Source: Paecilomyces variotii
Lineage: Eukaryota
Length of the DNA stretch: 64,000 nt
Strand: one strand, 5' to 3'
Assembly: GCA_004022145.1 (NCBI GenBank)
Contig: RCNU01000003.1
The position numbers and the translations under genes are program-made. The number at the start of each line of letters is the position of its first letter. The first letter of the stretch is position 1. The notes under the pieces were generated by a model. The model was not told the DNA's origin, did no database searches, and saw only the letters and a program-made list of their open reading frames with translations. This document shows positions 62,432 to 64,000 of the stretch, piece after piece.

Positions 62432-64000
62432 CTACAAAATCCGATCTATCCCCTTGACGAACCTCTTAAACCCACTCTTCTCATTCACCTCGACCGCCTC
62501 ACCCATGCTTGCCCCCGAACCAATCTTCTCCTCATCACTCGGCACTGGCTCCACGCCTTCCACGGCCATCTCCCTCGCATCATATATCTCATCCGGCAGA
62601 ACGGCGCGCTCAATCAGCATCGTCTCCACGGGGAAGAAATGCGACAAGGTGATATAAACAAGACTACTGGCCACGAACCCCAATAGCCATCCGAATTGAT
62701 ACGGATGAATACCCACACCGACTTCGATACTCGAATTGACGGAATTGATCAGACCTGGTAAATTGGGTCCGACGCCAACGAGGAACGCTACCACGGCGCG
62801 CCAGTTTACACCGTAGCGGCCATATTGGTATATACCTTGGGGCTGGTAGAGGGCCAAAGAGTCGTATTTTCTGCGTTTGATGATCCAATAATCCCACAAC
62901 ATGATGGCAGCGATGGGGCCGAGGAAGATCGCATACGCGGACATGAAGTTGAGGAAGTTTCCGGCGGAGGCGAGGATTTTCCAGGGCACGAGACACCATG
63001 ATAAGATGGCGCAGAGAAGTTGGCCGCGGCGGATGTTGATGAAGCGCGGAGCGAGCGCGGTGAAGTCGTTTGCGGCGGAGAGGGAGTTCGCGGAGATATT
63101 GACTCCCAGAGAGGCGAGGGCGAAGGTGAAGGAGGCGAAGAAGCGACATGCGCGGTTGTCCCAGTAGCTGATCAGGACGGTGGGATCCCACGGGAGGGAG
63201 CCGCCGTAGCGTGCTTGGCCTGCGGAGGAGGTGGTGATGCCGATGAAGGCGATGAAGGTGAAGACGATAGGGAGCATAGGGACGTAGAGGATTTGCCATT
63301 TTACGCTGACGCGGGAGTAGCGCGAGAAGTCGGACTGTTTTCGGGGTTGGATTAGATATATTTCATTTTTTGATGCTGATTTGGAAGAAAGGGAGAGAGT
63401 AGCGGGGGAGGGACGATTGCATACCTGGTTGACACTGAGAGTGGCATAGTTGCCAATGACCGAAGTCAAGTTAGCCAGGAACAACCAGCTGTATGCGGAC
63501 GAGCCTGGTTTCAACGTTGGTTGCTGGTCATAGATCTTTCCACCACCCTCTGAGACAAAAGCCCAGATCAACATGGCGATCCAGCCGATAGGAACAAAGA
63601 TCGACTTTGCCATAAACAACCAGCGGAGCTTGTCCGGTCTCATGTACAGGAAAGGGATCTGTGCGAGCCAGAAGAGGAAGAAGCTGACCATCCCGTTCGT
63701 CGTGATGCCCTGGTTCTCGGGAATGGTGTTTTTGATTGTCAGAAAGCTGGGCCAGATGGCGCCGATCATGACTCGGACGGCATTTCCACCGTTGACATTT
63801 TGAATGGCGAACCTGGTCAAAGTTAGAGAAGGGGGGATTTAGCTCCCAGATGCTAATACTGACCAGAACACTGCCAGAATGACACGAGATATGATGGCGA
63901 TGTAGGACCCCCAGAACCCCCAGCTGGCGCGCGCCAGGACCGGAAAGGGGACGTGATAGATGGACCCAATGGCACCGTTACCGGATATGACGAAAGAAAT
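62432..64000 (-). CDS. NCS1 family nucleobase/allantoin permease (Fur4/Dal4-like), 5' end outside the window
   Basis: GAIGSIYHVPFPVLARASWGFWGS, AIWPSF, TLSVNQ|SDFSRY, NISANSLSAANDFTALAPRFINIRRG, PWKIL, FLGPIAAIMLWDYWII, YGVNWRA; many TM helices; introns ~63336-63424 and ~63814-63863. Confidence 0.93.

Noticed and set aside
62432-64000. TPP riboswitch associated with the NCS1 permease
   Set aside because: No CTGAGA..GATCTGGATAATACCAGCG-type aptamer core in the visible introns; the 5' end of the gene is outside the window, so it cannot be excluded there.

Overview
Eukaryotic genomic DNA from a filamentous ascomycete: short GT-AG introns with CTRAC/CTAAC branch points and Aspergillus-like proteins. 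Eurotiales is an inference; the species cannot be fixed from sequence alone. The first ~11 kb is gene-poor and holds a 346-bp TA-flanked Tc1/mariner-pogo-type MITE, microsatellites and possibly a tiny spliced transcript. A housekeeping block follows: a DUF2461 protein, TYW3, an RRM-like protein, ARPC4/Arc19, UBP6, a hotdog thioesterase, SEA3/MTC5, UBC13, one or two uncharacterised genes (one with a Cys-rich C-terminus), RPL24, RPS30, GNA1, fumarase, an HSL-family esterase, an aspartate aminotransferase, a Pcl5/Clg1-type cyclin, a CREG-like split-barrel protein and the 3' part of an NCS1 permease. The most unusual signals are non-coding: (1) three consecutive oversized, hairpin-rich introns in the DUF2461 gene, each with an internal AG-short spacer-GTATG cassette (one an in-frame 9-nt micro-exon with two mutually exclusive pairings); (2) a long stem-loop in the last RPS30 intron; (3) a long, spliced, uORF-bearing leader on the cyclin gene. 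Exon boundaries and RNA structures were deduced by eye. No database search or folding computation was run.
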